From Octopus vulgaris (taxonomy: Eukaryota): a DNA stretch of 64,000 nt. How positions within the stretch are numbered: the first letter of the stretch is position 1; the number at the start of each line of letters is the position of its first letter. The position numbers and the translations under genes are program-made. The DNA lies in NCBI GenBank assembly GCA_951406725.2, contig OX597818.1:114514001-114578000 (forward strand), in the 5' to 3' direction. Below the pieces are notes generated by a model. It did not search any database, was not told the origin of the DNA, and was given only the letters and a program-made list of their open reading frames with translations. Shown piece by piece: positions 58,398-64,000 of the stretch.

Positions 58398-58558
58398 CGA
58401 CAGGCTTCTTTCAGTTTCCGTCTACCAAATCCACTCACAAGGCATTGGTCGGCCCGGGGCTATAGCAGAAGACACTTGCCCAAGTTGCCACGCAGTGGGA
58501 CTGAACCCGGAAATATGTGGTTGGTTAGCAAGCAACTCACCACACAGCCACTCCTGCG

Positions 58559-58613
<55 letters not shown>

Positions 58614-59843
58614 AATCCAAACGGGAAACAAAAAAACAACAACAATGGAACAATTACAGTATTATTATTAATAGGCGCTCAGGAAATGGAAGCAGGGATA
58701 CATATAAATATACACACAAACGCATACACACATAAACACACAGACACACACACACGAACAATCCAGATCAATATCCATTAAGATTTTCCTGAAATATTAC
58801 CATGTCACTCTGACCCAGTGAAAATAGTTGTCTATGTCTAAGCCATATGTCCCACCTTGTACCCAACTAATTAGGCCATTGTTGATATCTATTCTAATGT
58901 TAATACATCAGAGTTTATAAATATTGATAATATGGAAATGGACTGTGTGATAATGAAGCTTACTTCCAAAACAGATGGTTTCGGATCCTGACCCACAGCG
59001 AGGTACCTTGAGCAAGTGCTTTTTCCAATACGACTTCGGTAGGATCAGAGATGATTTTGTACAGGAAGAATAGAAGAAACCCGTATAACTACGCCCTGTG
59101 AAGTAGCTATTTATTTATAGGTGAAGATGTAGACTGTATGGTAAGAAAGCTGCCTTCCAACCACATGGGTTATGGTTCAGTGCCACTGCGTGGAACCTTG
59201 GGTAGGTATCTTCTACTGTAGCATCGAGTCAACCAAAGCCTTGTAAATGGATATGGTAGGAAACTGAAAGAAGCACGTCGTGGTGTCGAAACCACAATGA
59301 TATCTTTGGGCAGCTGAAGATGGAGGTATAATGGATTGTTGGTATGGCTGGCGAATACATATATATATATATATGTGTGTGTTTGTGTGTAAAAATTAAT
59401 GTGTGTGTGTTTGTGTATGTGTGTTGTGTGGTGTGAGTGTGTATACATGCATATATATGTATATATATGCGTGTGTGCCTGTTTAGGGTTGACTTTGTGT
59501 TAATGTTTTTTCACCCACTACCGGTTGACAACCGATCTGGTTGTGATTGCGTTCCCGTAGCCTAGCAGTTCGACCAAACAGAACGATAGAATATATAACA
59601 GACCGTAAAATTTTTTTTTAAAAAAAGTAAATTGATCAATTCTTTAGATTAAAACTTTTTCAAGGCGGTGCCCCAGCATGGCCGCAGTCTAATGAGTGAA
59701 ACATGTATGAGATTAAAGGTATACATGTGGAGTTCTTTCAATTACCACATGCCAATATATATATATATATATACACACATATATATATACACACAGAAAT
59801 ATATATGTATATATACACAAACACACACATGTATATAATATAC

Positions 59844-59904
<61 letters not shown>

Positions 59905-61076
59905 TTATCTATTTATCTATCTATCTATCTGTTTGTCTGTCTTTCTGTCTATGTGTGGGTGTGTATACTCTGAATACTTTGGTTGGACAAGGCTATAGTT
60001 GAGGACACTTGCCCAAGGTGCTACGCAGCGGGAACCGAACCTGTAAGCATGTGGTTGGGAAGCAAGCTTCTTACAACACAAAGAAGAATTCCAATAAAAA
60101 TATAAACAACTATACATACACGCACATACACAAAAACGCTCACACGCACACAATCACACATACATTCATATGCACACATACGTGTATTCATATGTGTGTG
60201 TGTGTGCGTGCGCATGTGAATACCTACTCCTTGAAATCTAGTTGGATGTTGTACACTTTGATGTAGTAGTTGTAAAACATCTATTATAAAAATGTCCTTT
60301 TCCAGCATTTTTATTCAGCCCAGGCAGAATTATATTTGTTTCTTTACTGCCCGCATGGGACTAAACATAGAAGGGACAAACAAGGACAGACAAAGAGATT
60401 AAGTCGATTACATCGACCCCAGTGCGTAACTGGTACTTATTTAATCGACCACGTAAGGATAAAAAACAAAGTGGACCTCGGCGGAATTTGAACTCAGAAC
60501 GTAACGCCAGACGAAATACTGCTAAGCATTTTGCCCGGCGTACTAACGTTTCTGCCGTAGGCAGAATTATTTTCCAGCCCCATGACTGCAGATCCGAGTA
60601 CACTTGTATATTCTATCTACAACGCCAGATTAGAGATATATCTATCAAAACAAAACATAATACTATGTATGATCAAACATCTATGATTCATATATGTGTG
60701 TGCGAGTGTGTGAGTGTGTGTGTGGGCGTGGATGAGCGCTCGAGGATATAAATAGATAGATATACAAATACAAATATAAATATATATATATATGTATAGA
60801 TATACTCACATATATATTTCACATAAATGTGTATATGTATACACACAAACAAACAAAATGCATATCACAAACACACACACACGCGCGCGCGCGCGTGCAC
60901 ACACATGTATACATAGTTAGATAGATACCTAGTTAGATATATAGATAGATAGACATATATACATATAAATTAGATATATAAGCGTATTATATATATATAT
61001 ATATATGCACATACATATATACCTATCTACATACATATACATACGTATGTACATATTTGACTAAACACATACACGC

Positions 61077-61147
<71 letters not shown>

Positions 61148-61199
61148 CACACATATATTTGTAATATATATATATATGTACATACACACATATTTATAC

Positions 61200-61243
<44 letters not shown>

Positions 61244-61877
61244 GGAGAGAGAGAAGGAATGTGGTGGAGGAAAGAGAAAAGTGTATAACAGAAAAACACA
61301 CATCGAAATATAGAATTTTAGATTTTGTTTTTTGTTTTCACTCGCCACTTGAAGAATGTCTTTTTATCCGTTGAAAATTCTGGACGAATAGCAAGGAACT
61401 TTGAAGTGTTAATGCGAATTACTGGCAGCCATGTTATCATCTGAAAGAAATAATTGAACACTTTCGTGAAGGAGGTCTCGCTTCAGCCATCGTTCAGCAA
61501 AGTACTTCTTGACAATGTTCCGAAGAGAAATGGAAAAATAATTGTAGTGTTAGTATTAATATTAGTGTTAGTAATAATAGAATCTGTAGTCTGAGATGAT
61601 GTAGTAATATATATATGATAATGGTAAAATAATAAAATGAAAATGAAACTGAAAAAATGAAAAATGTCATGAGGATAATTATAATCATCATCGTTAACAA
61701 CACCATTATCAATATCTTCATAAAGGTGGTTGTTGTTGCTGTTTTTGTTGTTGTTCAGGAGATGGTTCTGGTGGTGGTGTTTGAGATGATAATGACAACA
61801 ATCTGTATTTATGTTGAATCCTGGAGAAGGAAAAGAAATGGAAATACAATTGGTATCAGTGGTGCTCTATCAAGTTA

Positions 61878-62262
61878 TAATCCTTTCAACTTTAGGCACA
61901 AGGCCTGAAATAAGGGGAGGGGGATAGTCGATTATATCGATCCCAGTACTCAACTGGTACTTAATTTATCAACCCCGAAATGATGAAAGGCAAATTCAAT
62001 CTTTGCGGAACGTAAAGACAGATGAAATATCTATTCCTTTACTAACCTCAAGGGGCTAAACACAGAGAGGACAAACAAGGACAGACAAACGGATTAAGTC
62101 GATTATATCGACTCCAGTGCATAACTGGTACTTATTTAATCGACCCTGAAAGGACGAAAGACAAAGTCGACCTCGGCAGAATTTGAACTCAGAACGTAGC
62201 GGCAGACGAAATACCGCTAAGCATTTCGCCCGGCGTGCTAACGATTCTGCCAGCTCGTCTCC
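61878..62262 (-). mobile_element. SINE A dimer (head-body-tail A-body-tail B)
   Basis: Junction AAAGGAATAGATATTTCATCTG at ~62019-62040. Confidence 0.85.
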
Positions 62263-62289
62263 TTGCTCTATCAAATTATAATAATAACG

Positions 62290-63180
62290 GTTTGTAGAAT
62301 AGGCCAAGCCAGTATTCAGATGCTTTTCATAAGCAGCTATATGAGTTAAATGAAAGAACTAAGAAGCTGCCCATAATACACAAAACGTGTCCTGTTAAAA
62401 TAACATCGATAGGTTATGCTGCAGAAAAGAAAGGAAGGATGGGATGGTTTGTTAAACGCAATATTGGGATATTGTGTTTGAAGAACTATTTTGTGCGTAG
62501 AGGAGAAAGGATACTATGTGCGACAAAAATATTCGAAAGTTATCTGAAACAGCAGGAAAGTTCAACAACGGAAGGAAAACTGACTGGAAGTGTTACATTG
62601 CCAATTCATACAACAAACTGAGGATATTGGAAATAAAGAACATCAATTATGGCTGACGGATGGAAGTCTAAAAGCTGGAAACCGAATGGTTCATTATAAC
62701 CGTTTAGAGAGACAAGAGATTACAATGAATTTCATAAAAGCAAAGTTTTATAAATCTCAGAATGCAAATGTAGAACCTGTGCATAAGGAGACAAAATTAT
62801 TAATCATCACTTAAGTGAACGCAGTAAGCTAGCACGAAAAGAGTGTAAGTGCAGGAATAACAATGCCGGTGAAAATATGCATGAGGATGATAGCCGAGTG
62901 TGTAGATTCACAGTGTCAGAAAAACTATATGAACACGCGCCAGGAGCAGCGATGATGAATAATAATTATAGGATTTTATGGAATTTCTCCATAGAAACTG
63001 ATCATATTATCGAATCAATAAAAGAAGATATGTTTGTAGATATGATAATGTAGTGAATGCCAACAACTTCAGAAAACTGAAAAATATCAAGACGTATACA
63101 GTGATATGAAAAGATTGTGAAAGGTACGAATAGTAATTTGCGCTCTTGGAAATATCATCACTCAAATACCAACATGGCTG
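62290..63180 (+). mobile_element. Degenerate R4/Dong-type LINE (post-RT, CCHC and RLE start)
   Basis: Frameshifted WLTDGSLKA, KCRTC...INHH..ERSKLARKE, ILWNFSIETDHII. Confidence 0.65.
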
Positions 63181-63380
63181 CAAAAAATTTGTACAAATGT
63201 AAAGGTAGAACACCTACAAAAATCGCCATTGCTTGTAACTGCAAGAATTCTTTGTGTCACTTTAGCCTGCTGACTGTAGATAGCTGACTGTTTCCATCAT
63301 ACTCAACAAAATAAGCTGAGTTTTCGTATAATAATAGCAACAACAACAACAACAACAACAACAATAATAATAATAATGAA

Positions 63381-63935
63381 TGCCATGATGCAGTACCAAG
63401 CAGTGGAACTCGTGGCTTCTGGTCTTAACTGATTGGAAATGTTATCATGTACATTGTTTTGTCTTGGTATAAAAGATGGGTTACAGCAAATATTCTACTC
63501 AATACCATAGATTTGCTTGTCAGTTGTTTGACCTTAACCAGTTGACCATGTCCCTTAGTGGCTGACGATACGTGCATCCCTGATCATGAGAAGATGTAGT
63601 GGGGGAGCATCATAGCCATGTGTTGAGAGGATTCTTTGGGAGTTTGGATAGTTCACCTCTGGAAACATCGGTGTTTCATTCAACATCCTTAAACAACCCT
63701 TATTCAGAGACCTTTTGACCGGGATGGGCTACTCGACCAGAGGAAAATTCTAACTGGGCCCCACCTGCAAGGTCATGCGCTGTTTGTCTTGATATGAGAT
63801 CACCATGTCGTGCACATATGGTTGTGATGCATGTGCCTAGTGTACCCTTATCAGACAGGTTGTCATGATGGGTATACTGGGCTTCGTATATTTTACTCCA
63901 GTGTTAATTTGATAGCATGCACTGCTCTCTCACTC
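63381..63935 (+). mobile_element. Non-coding interspersed repeat bounded by (CAA/TAA)n on both sides
   Basis: Arrays at 63330-63378 and 63936-64000. The portion 63768-63901 recurs at 35068-35201. No long ORF; strand inferred from the (AAT)n tail. Confidence 0.6.
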
Positions 63936-63988
<53 letters not shown>

Positions 63989-64000
63989 CAATAATAATAA

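Overview
AT-rich, microsatellite-saturated animal DNA with no recognisable host gene. The SINE families and simple-repeat load look like Octopus; that is inference from recalled repeat types. Nearly all ORF-track entries are translations of (TA)n, (CA)n, (TATC)n, (TATG)n or (TAA)n arrays. The real content is transposable elements: a near-complete DD34D mariner nested in an older mariner, Tc1 and DD37D relics, a GG-ended MITE with an 8-bp TSD, a non-autonomous Helitron, CR1/L2, RTE, R4/Dong and Penelope relics (several with hammerhead-ribozyme cores), and tRNA-derived SINEs. The strongest signal is a young, GC-rich Tx1-clade LINE. All four copies sit inside (TATC)n arrays in the same strand orientation, and its last ~42 nt match the 3' tail of a SINE subfamily that repeatedly forms multimers at one fixed internal site. 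This points to a microsatellite-targeted LINE/SINE partner system. Coordinates were read by eye and no database search was run.
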